Virus record (IMG/VR): IMGVR_UViG_3300020045_007198 | Span: 1 to 26,983 of that record | Direction: 5' to 3' (one strand) | Length of the DNA: 26,983 nt | Origin: a virus | Taxonomy: Duplodnaviria > Caudoviricetes | Part shown: positions 8,990-18,200 of the stretch, piece by piece | Numbering within the stretch: position 1 is the stretch's first letter | How the letters are laid out: each line of letters starts with the position of its first letter | Made by a program: the position numbers and the translations under genes | The notes under the pieces: model-generated | Seen by the model: the letters and a program-made list of their open reading frames with translations, nothing else | What the model was told of the DNA's origin: nothing | The model's database searches: none

Positions 8990-9616
8990 TTGACTTTAGA
9001 AGAATTACAAGCCCAAGTTGAAGAACTAAAAGCAGAAAAAGAAAGTGTCAATTCTAAAAATAAAGAGTTATTAGCTGAATTAAAAACAGCTAGAAACAAA
9101 AATAAAGAGATTGATGCAGATGCTTATTATAAGACACTTGATGAATTAGAAACAATCAAAAGTGAGAATAGTAAGTTATTAGGAACTATCAAGCAAAAAG
9201 ATATTGAAGTACAAAAGCTTAGTACATCATTTCAAGAAGCAAACGGAAAATTAGAGCAGTTATCTTATGATGATGCAATAACTAAAGTAGTTGATGGTTT
9301 AAAATTAGCTGGAAATAAACAAGCAATAGCAAAGAAATTGCTAAAAGCTGAGGCAACATTTAAAGATGGTGCATTAAGTTTCGGTGATAAGAGCGTTGAT
9401 GACTTTGTAAAAGACTGGACTTCTCCAACTGGTGAGGGTTATATGTTTTTAGAGGGTACTCAGCATAGTGGCGGTGGTGCAAGTGGTGGTAGTCATACTG
9501 GTGGAAGTGATTCATCTAAATATTTCGATAGAAATAGTAAAGACTTTAACCTAACAGAACAAGCAAGGATATATCAAGAAAATCCAACGCTTTATAAACA
9601 ATTAAAAGGTAATTAA
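8990..9616 (+). CDS. Capsid scaffolding protein
   Basis: TTG start with GGGAG SD; long coiled coil, Gly/Ser linker and C-terminal NLTEQARIYQENP..YKQL; immediately before the major capsid gene. Confidence 0.85.
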   Translation: MTLEELQAQVEELKAEKESVNSKNKELLAELKTARNKNKEIDADAYYKTLDELETIKSENSKLLGTIKQKDIEVQKLSTSFQEANGKLEQLSYDDAITKVVDGLKLAGNKQAIAKKLLKAEATFKDGALSFGDKSVDDFVKDWTSPTGEGYMFLEGTQHSGGGASGGSHTGGSDSSKYFDRNSKDFNLTEQARIYQENPTLYKQLKGN

Positions 9617-9618
9617 TT

Positions 9619-10596
9619 ATGGCAGCAACTAAAATTTCAAATATTATAGTTCCAGAGGTATTCAATCCTTATGTAGTAGAAAAAACAGCTGAATTAGCTT
9701 CGTTCTATATGGGTGGTATCATTTCAAATGATGCTCAATTAAATGCTTTAGCTTCTCAAGGTGGAAAGCTAATTAATATGCCATTTTGGAAAGATTTAAC
9801 GGGTAGCGATGAAGTATTAACAGATTCTGGTTCATTAACAGTTAATGCAATTACATCAGGTCAAGATATTGCAGCATTACATGCAAGAGGAAAAGCATGG
9901 GGAGTAAATGACTTAGCAAAAGCATTATCAGGTGATGACCCAATGTCAAGAATTGGTGACTTAGTAGCTGACTACTGGGCTAGAAGAATGCAAGTTACTT
10001 TAATTTCATCTTTAACGGGTGTATTTTTAGACAATGAAACAAATGACGCTGGAGATATGATAGTAGATGTTGCTGTAGAAACAACAGCTGGAGCAGTTAA
10101 GTTTGATGGTGATTTATTTATTGATGGTCAAGCAACTTTTGGTGATGCTATCGGTAATATTACTGGTATTGCAATGCACTCTAATACTTATAATTATTTA
10201 AAGAAAACAGATAATATCTCTTTCGAGAAACAATCAAATGGTGCTTTAGAAATTACAACATATAGAGGACTTCCAGTTATCGTAAATGATAACTTACCAA
10301 AAAGAGCTGGTACAACATCAGGTTTTGTATATACTACATATTTATTCGGTAATGGTGCATTCGGATTCGGTCAAGGTAACGCTCCAGTTCCAACAGAAAC
10401 AGATAGAGATTCTTTAGCTGGTGAAGATATTTTAATTACTAGAACTCATTTCTTAATGCACCCAAGAGGTATTAAATTTGCAAGTGGTTCAGTAGCTGGA
10501 ACATTCCCAACTAATACAGAGTTAGCTTTAGCTGCAAACTGGGATAGAGCTTATGAAAGAAAGAATGTAAGAATAGCAGCAATTATTCACAACTAG
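9619..10596 (+). CDS. Major capsid protein (HK97 fold)
   Basis: 325 aa; TKISNIIVPEVFNPYV, NMPFWKDL, GDDPM..IG..VADYW, MHS, Y.GLPVIVND.LP, HPRG motifs. Confidence 0.93.
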   Translation: MAATKISNIIVPEVFNPYVVEKTAELASFYMGGIISNDAQLNALASQGGKLINMPFWKDLTGSDEVLTDSGSLTVNAITSGQDIAALHARGKAWGVNDLAKALSGDDPMSRIGDLVADYWARRMQVTLISSLTGVFLDNETNDAGDMIVDVAVETTAGAVKFDGDLFIDGQATFGDAIGNITGIAMHSNTYNYLKKTDNISFEKQSNGALEITTYRGLPVIVNDNLPKRAGTTSGFVYTTYLFGNGAFGFGQGNAPVPTETDRDSLAGEDILITRTHFLMHPRGIKFASGSVAGTFPTNTELALAANWDRAYERKNVRIAAIIHN

Positions 10597-10612
10597 GATT
10601 AACCCCTAGTTG
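10590..10612 (+). terminator. Hairpin at end of major capsid gene
   Basis: CAACTAGG-ATTAACC-CCTAGTTG; no strong U tract, may be a stabiliser or partial terminator. Confidence 0.5.
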
Positions 10613-10627
10613 ATATAAAGGAACAAA

Positions 10628-10741
10628 ATGGGATTAGCTTCATTTAGTAAGGCTAGAAAACTAGCAAAAGAAAAAGATGAAAAAGAAAAAGTTGTTTTAG
10701 AAGATCCTAAAAAAGACAAAGCTAAAACTAAAGAAAAATAG
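10628..10741 (+). CDS. Small Lys-rich protein (37 aa, MGLASFSKARKLAKEK...), not in ORF track
   Basis: AAGGA SD; small charged genes are common directly after the major capsid gene. Confidence 0.7.
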   Translation: MGLASFSKARKLAKEKDEKEKVVLEDPKKDKAKTKEK

Positions 10742-10766
10742 TTTATAATCTGATTATATTTTCTAT

Positions 10767-10800
10767 TAAAGCAAGGGAGTTTAACCGCTCCCTTGCTTTA
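10767..10800. terminator. Strong bidirectional terminator-like hairpin
   Basis: TAAAGCAAGGGAG-N8-CTCCCTTGCTTTA, 13-bp perfect stem between convergent genes. Confidence 0.8.
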
Positions 10801-10806
10801 TGCCTT

Positions 10807-11010
10807 TTAATATAATTTATTTAAAAAATCAAAAATTATTTCATCAAACGATTTATTTGTAATTTCTTTTTTAAATATAATCCCCTCTGTTGCTATAAAT
10901 CTTTCATTTTCATAATCTAGCTTTATTTTAAAACTGATAGTTACTAATTTATACATTGATTCTGTATTGTGCTTTATAGCTTCAATTAATTCAATTTTGC
11001 TTATTTCCAT
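10807..11010 (-). CDS. Hypothetical protein (antisense cassette 3)
   Basis: 67 aa, SD AAGGGG. Confidence 0.7.
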   Translation of the reverse strand: MEISKIELIEAIKHNTESMYKLVTISFKIKLDYENERFIATEGIIFKKEITNKSFDEIIFDFLNKLY

Positions 11011-11021
11011 ATTAAACCCCT

Positions 11022-11285
11022 TTATTTTTTCTTAATTTTTGTTAATTTTATTAGTAAATTGCTTAATCTACCTGGTATAAATATAATAAATAGCCAAGTA
11101 TTTAATATATAAAACCCATATAAATTAATATATGATTTAAACTTTCCATATTTTTGACAATCTTCTAATGACATATATAACCCCATAAAATTTTCTTCTT
11201 TTATATTAATAAAAAATCCAATTATAAATGTAGAAGGCATCATTATAAATAAGCTTATATAGATAATAGCTTCTAATGTTTCCAT
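11022..11285 (-). CDS. Membrane protein with two hydrophobic segments (antisense cassette 3)
   Basis: 87 aa; hydrophobic stretches near residues 6-26 and 54-71; SD AGGA. Confidence 0.7.
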   Translation of the reverse strand: METLEAIIYISLFIMMPSTFIIGFFINIKEENFMGLYMSLEDCQKYGKFKSYINLYGFYILNTWLFIIFIPGRLSNLLIKLTKIKKK

Positions 11286-11308
11286 ATTAGCATCCTGTTT
11301 TTTTCTTA

Positions 11309-11337
11309 ATTATAAACAAACTCCAAACCAAAGTAAA
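11309..11337 (-). promoter_or_regulatory. Promoter of antisense cassette 3
   Basis: TTTACT-N17-TATAAT with T/G-rich spacer. Confidence 0.55.
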
Positions 11338-11447
11338 GTAATATTCTAAAATTACCAATTAAAATTAAAAGTTAGTTGCAAATTTACACAAATTAAAATT
11401 AATCTTCTTAATTATGTTAAAATAAGAATAAAATATAAAGGGCTAAA

Positions 11448-11915
11448 ATGGCTTTAATCATTGAGTCGGGAAATGGTGATTCTAATAGTGAAACATATAA
11501 CGGAACTGATTTTATTGACGCTTACTTTTTAAAACGAGGTATTCCCGAATGGGCTACTCTTACAAATAAGGAAGCCTTGGAAGTTCGAGGAATGGACTTT
11601 TTAGAGAATAACTATACTTACTTAGGTACAAAGCTAGTATCTACTCAGGCTTTAGCTTTTCCCCGTGTTATCAATGGAAAAACAGTCTATCCTATTGCTA
11701 TTAAAAATGCACTTTGTGAATTAGCTTTAAAGGCAAATGAAGATGATTTATTAGCTGATACAGATAAAACAACTATCAGGGAAAAAGTAGGGGCTTTAGA
11801 GGTTGAATATGACCCTAATCAAGATAATATCAAAAGTTACAATTATGTAAATAAACTATTAGCTCCGTATTTAGTATCAACGAGTTCATTTAGTTATTCT
11901 ATTTCAAGAGTTTAA
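11448..11915 (+). CDS. Head-tail adaptor protein (family often annotated DnaT-like ssDNA-binding)
   Basis: MALIIE.G.G, AYF..RG..W, QALAFPR, P.AIKNA.CELA, EKVG.LEVEY, LL.PYL motifs; position after capsid. Confidence 0.8.
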   Translation: MALIIESGNGDSNSETYNGTDFIDAYFLKRGIPEWATLTNKEALEVRGMDFLENNYTYLGTKLVSTQALAFPRVINGKTVYPIAIKNALCELALKANEDDLLADTDKTTIREKVGALEVEYDPNQDNIKSYNYVNKLLAPYLVSTSSFSYSISRV

Positions 11916-11962
11916 AATAACTTTAATGATATAATTTTATATTAAATTAAAGGGGTTTAAAA

Positions 11963-12265
11963 ATGAGAAAATATGATATAAATACAAAAAAAGAATATAA
12001 AGATATAAATGATGATTTAATTTATAGATTTATAACTATGAAAGTTGTTCAAAAATATAAAGATATTGAATCTTTAAAAATGGGTTTAAAAAGAAGCGTA
12101 ACCGAATATCAACTTGATGATGGAGAACTTGAAAAGGTATTAGGTCACGTTTATATCGAAATTGATTTTATATATAAAGGCAAATTAAGAGATATGAATT
12201 TTAATTATCATAATGAAATTCAAGTAATTAGAGATATAATTGAATATTTTAATAATTTAAAGTAA
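11963..12265 (+). CDS. Hypothetical protein inserted between neck genes
   Basis: 100 aa, own TGATATAAT box and the AAGGGGTTTAAAAATG initiation region shared with the accessory genes. Confidence 0.7.
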   Translation: MRKYDINTKKEYKDINDDLIYRFITMKVVQKYKDIESLKMGLKRSVTEYQLDDGELEKVLGHVYIEIDFIYKGKLRDMNFNYHNEIQVIRDIIEYFNNLK

Positions 12266-12275
12266 AAGGATAAAA

Positions 12276-12641
12276 ATGACTAGCAACGATAAATGGGCAT
12301 TGCCTTTAGCTACTAAACTAATCAAAAAAAGTGGAAAGTTAGTTATATATAGAAAAATAGTCGAGGGAAGTTACGACCCCATAACAGATACTCAAACTGT
12401 ATCTTCAACGACTGATTATCCAATTAAAGCATTAATACAAAAGCCTGATATTAGATTAATAGATAATAACTTAATTAAATCTACAAGCTTAGTTTTAATG
12501 ATTCCAAGTAGTGATATAACTTTTAATATTGAGATACAAGATACTATCTTGATTGAGTCAATAGGATATAAAGTATCTGTGATTAATCCCACTTACAGTG
12601 GTGAAATGATTGCTTATTATGAATTAGTGGTTAATATCTAA
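12276..12641 (+). CDS. Head closure (stopper) protein
   Basis: A.KLIKK.G, G.YDP.T, beta-rich C-terminus; synteny. Confidence 0.7.
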   Translation: MTSNDKWALPLATKLIKKSGKLVIYRKIVEGSYDPITDTQTVSSTTDYPIKALIQKPDIRLIDNNLIKSTSLVLMIPSSDITFNIEIQDTILIESIGYKVSVINPTYSGEMIAYYELVVNI

Positions 12642-13042
12642 TGGCTAAAAGTTTTGAATTGCAGATGAAAGAATTTGAGAATATGACTGCTGAAAAAAGT
12701 GAGTTGTTATTTAAAAAAGTATGCTTTGATTTAAGTAATTCAATTATAATGGACACCGCCGTTTTATCAGGGGCTGCACGTGGGAACTGGCAACCTGATA
12801 TTAACTCTATTCAAAATGATGTTTTAGAAATAGAAGATAAATCAGGAAATGCAACAGTCGCTAAATTAGCAAGTCAAACTAATAATTTAAAGCTAGGTCA
12901 ATATTTTACATTAACTAATAATTTACCTTATATTCTTAGATTAGAGTATGGTTGGAGTAAGAAATCACCTCAAGGTATGTTAGGAATTAACATAATGAGA
13001 TTTCAAAACTTTGTTAATCAAGCAAATAAGGATATTAAATAA
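12641..13042 (+). CDS. HK97 gp10-like neck / tail completion protein
   Basis: T.V.SG.ARGNW and NNLPY..RLEYGWSK.SPQGM motifs. Confidence 0.85.
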   Translation: MAKSFELQMKEFENMTAEKSELLFKKVCFDLSNSIIMDTAVLSGAARGNWQPDINSIQNDVLEIEDKSGNATVAKLASQTNNLKLGQYFTLTNNLPYILRLEYGWSKKSPQGMLGINIMRFQNFVNQANKDIK

Positions 13043-13049
13043 AAAGGCA

Positions 13050-13352
13050 TCATTCCTCTTTATTTAAAAGCTGTATTTTCACCCTTTTAATAGGGTCTAT
13101 TTTAAACTTATCTTGAATAAACCTATTATCTTTTTGTAGCGTATATCCTCTTAAAGCCATTTGATATAAAAATACATCAATAACATTAACATGAAAAGCA
13201 GTCCAAGTTATTTTATAATACTCTGTATCTTTAAATTTTTTATCGTATTCTACTTCATCATATATAGATTTAAATAAATCTTTTTGACTATGAAAATCTC
13301 TAAATATTTTTGGTAGAAATCTATAATCATCATTATTGTCATGTATATTCAT
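13050..13352 (-). CDS. Conserved-looking phage hypothetical protein (antisense cassette 4)
   Basis: 100 aa; LP..FRDFH.QKDLFK and IDVFL..MA.RGYTLQK; own promoter. Confidence 0.8.
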   Translation of the reverse strand: MNIHDNNDDYRFLPKIFRDFHSQKDLFKSIYDEVEYDKKFKDTEYYKITWTAFHVNVIDVFLYQMALRGYTLQKDNRFIQDKFKIDPIKRVKIQLLNKEE

Positions 13353-13374
13353 TTTTAAAAATCCTTTTTATTTA

Positions 13375-13403
13375 ACTATACCAAACTTAAAAAAGCAAAT
13401 CAA
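13375..13403 (-). promoter_or_regulatory. Promoter of antisense cassette 4
   Basis: TTGATT-N17-TATAGT, same hexamers as 6269-6297; back-to-back with + strand GATATAAT 13411-13418. Confidence 0.65.
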
Positions 13404-13470
13404 GCATTTAGATATAATATAAGTAATAAATTTACATGATGTAACATTATGTAACAAAAGGAAATTAAAA

Positions 13471-13872
13471 ATGAGTTTAAATCGTATATATACAGCATTT
13501 ATAACAAAGATAAATACAATTACCCCACAGATTCCCACTGTTTATGAGAACAAAAAATATGACCCTTTGATTGGAGTAGATTATCAAGAAGTCTTTATCT
13601 TACCATCATCTAATAATGTTCCATATATCAACGAAACAAGCTATGAGATGGAAGGATTAGTACAGATAACTTTATGCTATGGATATGATGAAGGTAGAAG
13701 TAAAGCTATGGACAGAGCTAATCTATATATGGGATTATTTCCAGTCGGTACAGTTTTAACTATCGATTCTTTAAAGATTAGAATTAAGGGAGTACCTCAA
13801 ATTACTAATCTTGGAGTTGATAATGGTAGGTATAAAATAGCGTTAAGAGTGGGGTTTATTTGTATGTTATAA
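13471..13872 (+). CDS. Tail terminator protein
   Basis: 133 aa; YEN..Y.P, G.VQI.L.Y....G, F..GT.L pattern; precedes tail tube. Confidence 0.75.
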   Translation: MSLNRIYTAFITKINTITPQIPTVYENKKYDPLIGVDYQEVFILPSSNNVPYINETSYEMEGLVQITLCYGYDEGRSKAMDRANLYMGLFPVGTVLTIDSLKIRIKGVPQITNLGVDNGRYKIALRVGFICML

Positions 13873-13906
13873 TTTATAGTTAAAATTTTAATTATAAAGG
13901 ACAATT

Positions 13907-14356
13907 ATGAGTATTCAATCAGATGGATTAGATTGCTATTTGTTAGCTACTACAGTAGCAACAACAACACACGCTGAAATTACTACTGCTCTCGCAACTG
14001 GTAAAAGAATCGGGAAGATTAAAGACATGGGCGAAATTGGTGGTTCAAGACCAGTTCAAACTACTACTTATATGTCTACTGATGATGCAGAAAAGGGATT
14101 AGGTGCAGCTGAGTATGGAAATATCAATGTAAATTGTACTTTTGAACCTGCTGATACTACTGGTCAAAAAGATTTAAAAGATATGTTTGATGGTAATACA
14201 GCTAGACAGTTTGTAGTTAAAGAATCGGACGGAGCATTTACTGTTTTTCCTTGCCTTTGTTCTTCTTCAAAAAGAACTTTTGCAACGGGTCAACTTGTAG
14301 CATATGCTGCTATTGTTGAACAAAATGGAAAAGATGAAAGAAGAGTTTCGGCTTAA
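13907..14356 (+). CDS. Major tail tube protein
   Basis: IG.I.D.GEIGG, KG....YG.I.V......DTTGQ..L motifs; synteny. Confidence 0.8.
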   Translation: MSIQSDGLDCYLLATTVATTTHAEITTALATGKRIGKIKDMGEIGGSRPVQTTTYMSTDDAEKGLGAAEYGNINVNCTFEPADTTGQKDLKDMFDGNTARQFVVKESDGAFTVFPCLCSSSKRTFATGQLVAYAAIVEQNGKDERRVSA

Positions 14357-14360
14357 CCTT

Positions 14361-14391
14361 AAAGGATAGACTTAAAATCTATCCTTTTTTT
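14361..14391 (+). terminator. Rho-independent terminator after tail tube gene
   Basis: AAAGGATAGA-N7-TCTATCCTTT followed by a T run. Confidence 0.75.
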
Positions 14392-14434
14392 ACTTACTTT
14401 ATGCTATAATTTTCTAAATTAAAAAAGGAAGATT

Positions 14435-14851
14435 ATGCAAATATCAACACTATCAAATTTAAAACTAGATGACGCTAAAGAGTTCGAAGTATTAGACCCT
14501 ATTACTGGCAAAAGAAGTCAAACATATAATGCAAAAACTAAGTCTTATGACGAAACTCCCGCTTTTATTTCATTATATTATTCCAATTCAAAAAAAATGA
14601 AAAAAGTACAAATAGAATTACAAAGAAAAGTTATAGAATTGGCAAAAAACAAAAAAGAAATGATAACAGAAAAAGAAATAGAAGATTCATTTTTATTTGA
14701 GGCGATTGCTGGTTATAGAGGTTTTAAAGACGATAAAAATAAAGAATTAGAATTTAATGAAACTAATACAAAATTATTATTAGATATTCCATATATTAGA
14801 ACATTAATTGAAGAAGTAGCAGATAATATGGGAAACTTCTCGGAGAAGTAG
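14435..14851 (+). CDS. Tail assembly chaperone (lambda gpG-like)
   Basis: Between tail tube and tape measure; ends near slippery site G GGA AAC. Confidence 0.8.
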   Translation: MQISTLSNLKLDDAKEFEVLDPITGKRSQTYNAKTKSYDETPAFISLYYSNSKKMKKVQIELQRKVIELAKNKKEMITEKEIEDSFLFEAIAGYRGFKDDKNKELEFNETNTKLLLDIPYIRTLIEEVADNMGNFSEK

Positions 14852-15222
14852 GCAACAGCTTACTTCTTTTTGTTAGACAACTAGGATTTTTAAGGGCAAG
14901 TCCAGATAAAGACTATAAGCCCAGAGATAGTGTAACTTGGTACGATTTATATAATACACAAGGAATAGTAGTAGATTTTCCAACCCTTAATTGTGGTGGG
15001 TATCTATTAGAACATTTAGAGAATATGGGCTTTTATATGTCAAGTGGTATGGGAATGATTCCATTAACTTTTCAAGAAATTAAAGCTTATATGGAATTAA
15101 CTAACAACCCTTTAAATGGTGAAGAAGTATTACTTATCAGACAAATGAGTCAAGCTTATATCTCTGAATTAAACGATACTAGAAACGAAAGAGAAGCTCC
15201 TTATTCGGCTACTTTAGATTAG
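14830..15222 (+). CDS. -1 frameshift extension of the tail chaperone (gpGT-like fusion, about 262 aa); includes ORF 15025-15222
   Basis: GGGAAAC at 14830-14836 in X XXY YYZ register; -1 frame is stop-free from 14830 to TAG at 15220-15222. Confidence 0.8.
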   Translation, partial: GKLLGEVGNSLLLFVRQLGFLRASPDKDYKPRDSVTWYDLYNTQGIVVDFPTLNCGGYLLEHLENMGFYMSSGMGMIPLTFQEIKAYMELTNNPLNGEEVLLIRQMSQAYISELNDTRNEREAPYSATLD

Positions 15223-15255
15223 ATATAATATCCATAATAAAATAAAAGGCTTATT

Positions 15256-18200
15256 ATGGATAATATCGCACAACTTGGAATAAAAGTCGATTCAAGTAGC
15301 ATAAAACAAGCTACAAACGAACTATCTAAACTTACTAATCAATCAGGCAAAACTGAAAAATCAACTAATGCACTAACAAGTGGATTCTTAAATCTTAAAA
15401 ATGCTGTAATTGGTTATGCTTCAATTCAAACAGCAAAACAAATACTTGATACTGCTGATAATATGAATTTATTAAATGCTAGATTAAAATTAGCAACATC
15501 TTCAACAGCAGAATATACATCACAGCAAACAGCATTATTAAATATTGCGAAACAGTCTTATACTGGAATATCTGATACGATAACCCTATTTACTAAACTA
15601 AATCCAGCTTTAAAACAAGTAGGAGCTACAACAGAGCAAGTTAATAGCGTAGTGGCTTCATTTACTAAAGGTTTACAACTAGGTGGAAGTTCAGCAGCAG
15701 AAGCTTCAAGTGCGATTTTGCAATTCTCACAAGCTATGGGTTCAGGTGTTTTAAGGGGTGAAGAGTTCAATGCAATAGCTGAAGCATCACCAAAACTTAT
15801 GTCTTACCTAGCAAAAGGATTAGGAGTTGCACAAGGTGAACTTAGAAAAATGGCTGAAAATGGAGAACTTACAGCTTCAAGAGTTTCTAACGCTTTATTA
15901 AAAGTTAAAACAGATATCGATAGAGATTTTGCAACATTACCCGTAACAGTTGGAAAAGCATTAACTAACTTAAAAACTGATTTGTCTTTAGCTATAAATG
16001 AGATTGATACTGCAACGGGTGCAACTCAATCATTAGCTAATGGAATAGTTAGTTTTAGTAATAGTATAGGCTCAATGACTAAAGATATTATTGAGTTCTA
16101 TAAAGAAGCTAAAACCTTTATAAGCGAAAACGAAACAGCTTTTAATATAGCAACAGAGTCGGCTAAATTATTACTTGGAACATATTTAGCATTTGGAGCA
16201 ACTTCATTAGTATTTACAAAGGTTACAGAGTCAATTATAGCCATGAGAGTAGCAATGGTTTCAATGACTACTGCAACTCCAATTATAGGAGCAGTATCTT
16301 TAGCTATTTATGCACTATCTAATTCATTTATCGAGGGTAAAACTAGAACTGATAACTTAGGAAAATCAGTTGATGAATTAGCAAAATCTTTGGGAACTTT
16401 AGAATTAAAGTCTAGATTAGTAGAAGTTAATAAAGAATTAAAAGAAATGGACACTAGATTTAAAAATTATTCTGATTCTCAAAAGCTTATGTATCAGGGT
16501 GGATACGATATGGCTTATAAAGAAAAGGTAAAACTTGAAGAGTCTATCAAATTAATTGAGAAAAAAAATACTACAAATAAAGACGCTAATCAAACAAGTC
16601 AAATTAATGGGAAAATAGTAAGAAATGATATTGAATTAATTAAATTAGCAGGTAGTGAATACGAAAAGTTTAACTTAAAATTGGCTGATAAACTTGTAAA
16701 AATGCAGTCAATCGGAGCTACTGAAAAAGAATTAAACGAAGCTAGTTTATCTGCAAATAAAGAATTTAATGAGAAACAAAACAAAGAATTAGAAAAAGGC
16801 ACTAAAAAGCTAGAAGAAACTCAAAAAGCTAGGGCAGAAATTGCACAAATTGGAATGAGTGCTTATGATAAATCAATTTCAGATATTACAGCTAAAACTA
16901 TCGAATGGGTAAAAGCTGGCGTTTCTAAAAATGAAGTATTACAAGCAGAAATAAAACTAAGAAATGAGTTAAATTCTCAAACTATACTTGAAAATCTACA
17001 AACTGAATTATCATATTATGAGAAAAAATTACAACTTCAAAAAGATAGTTTAGATAAAGCGTTAGAATTAAGAGGAATTCAATATGCTCAATCAGTTTTA
17101 GAGATTGAGAATTCAAATAAAACTATAGAGCAAAAACAAAAATTAATTGCACTTGAAACAGAATTATATGATGAAACTATAAAAAGATTAAAAGCAGATA
17201 ATAATACTGAGTTTCAAGACACTTTAAAATCGTTTCAAGAGGACTCATTAGCTCGACAAATTGAACTTAATAATGCTATATTTGATTTTGGAGCTGGCTT
17301 TAAATCTTCTAATAGTGAGATAATGGAAGTTAGCAAAGCACTTTCTAATTTAAACGATTCTAGTTTAAAAACAAAAAAAGCTGAATTAGATTTAAACACT
17401 AAATACACTAAAGAATTTGATAAATATGCTGGTGATGTAGAAAAAACAAAAGAATTAGAACAGCAATACACTAAAGATACGGCTCTATTAAATAAACAAG
17501 CTATTAATAATCAGATTTTAGGTTATGCAAATTTATCTGGTGCAATTAGTGGAATGTTTCAACAAGGTAGTAAAGAAGCTGCAACTTTTCAAGCTGCTCA
17601 AACTGTTTTAGCTTTAGTTGAAGGTACAAGAGCAATATTAACTGCTGGAACTGGCGACCCTTATACTGCTATTCCTAGAATGGCTGCAATGGCGATAATG
17701 GTTAAATCTTTACTAGGAAATATTGGTGTAGCTTTAGGAATGAGTGGAAGCAATACGACTACTGGCGATACTTTCTCAATGCAAAAGGCAAATACTGGAA
17801 CTGGAAGTGTTTTAGGAGATACTAAGAAAGCTAGTGATTCAATTACTAAATCTTTATCTACATTAGAAGATTATGCAAAACCTGAGTTTAGACTTTCTCA
17901 ACAAATGTCAAAATCTTTAGAAAGTATTGATAGCAAGATAGGTGGAGTTACTTCTTTATTGCTTCAAAATTCAGCTACTGCACTTGGAACTAACTATACG
18001 GGTGGTTTTGATACTGGCTTTAAAAATAATATTTCTTTCAGCGATATGACTTTAGATTTAATTAACCCAATTAATTCAATCATATCAAAAATTCCAATTA
18101 TAGGTGATTTAAATAATATATTGGGGGGAGTGATAAATAGTGCATTAGGTGGATTATTTGGAAAAACATCAGTAAAAAGAACATTAAAAGATTCGGGAAT

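Noticed and set aside
15025-15222. Stand-alone 65-aa gene
   Set aside because: Better explained as the end of the -1 frameshift extension; frame is open from 14830 and there is no clear SD
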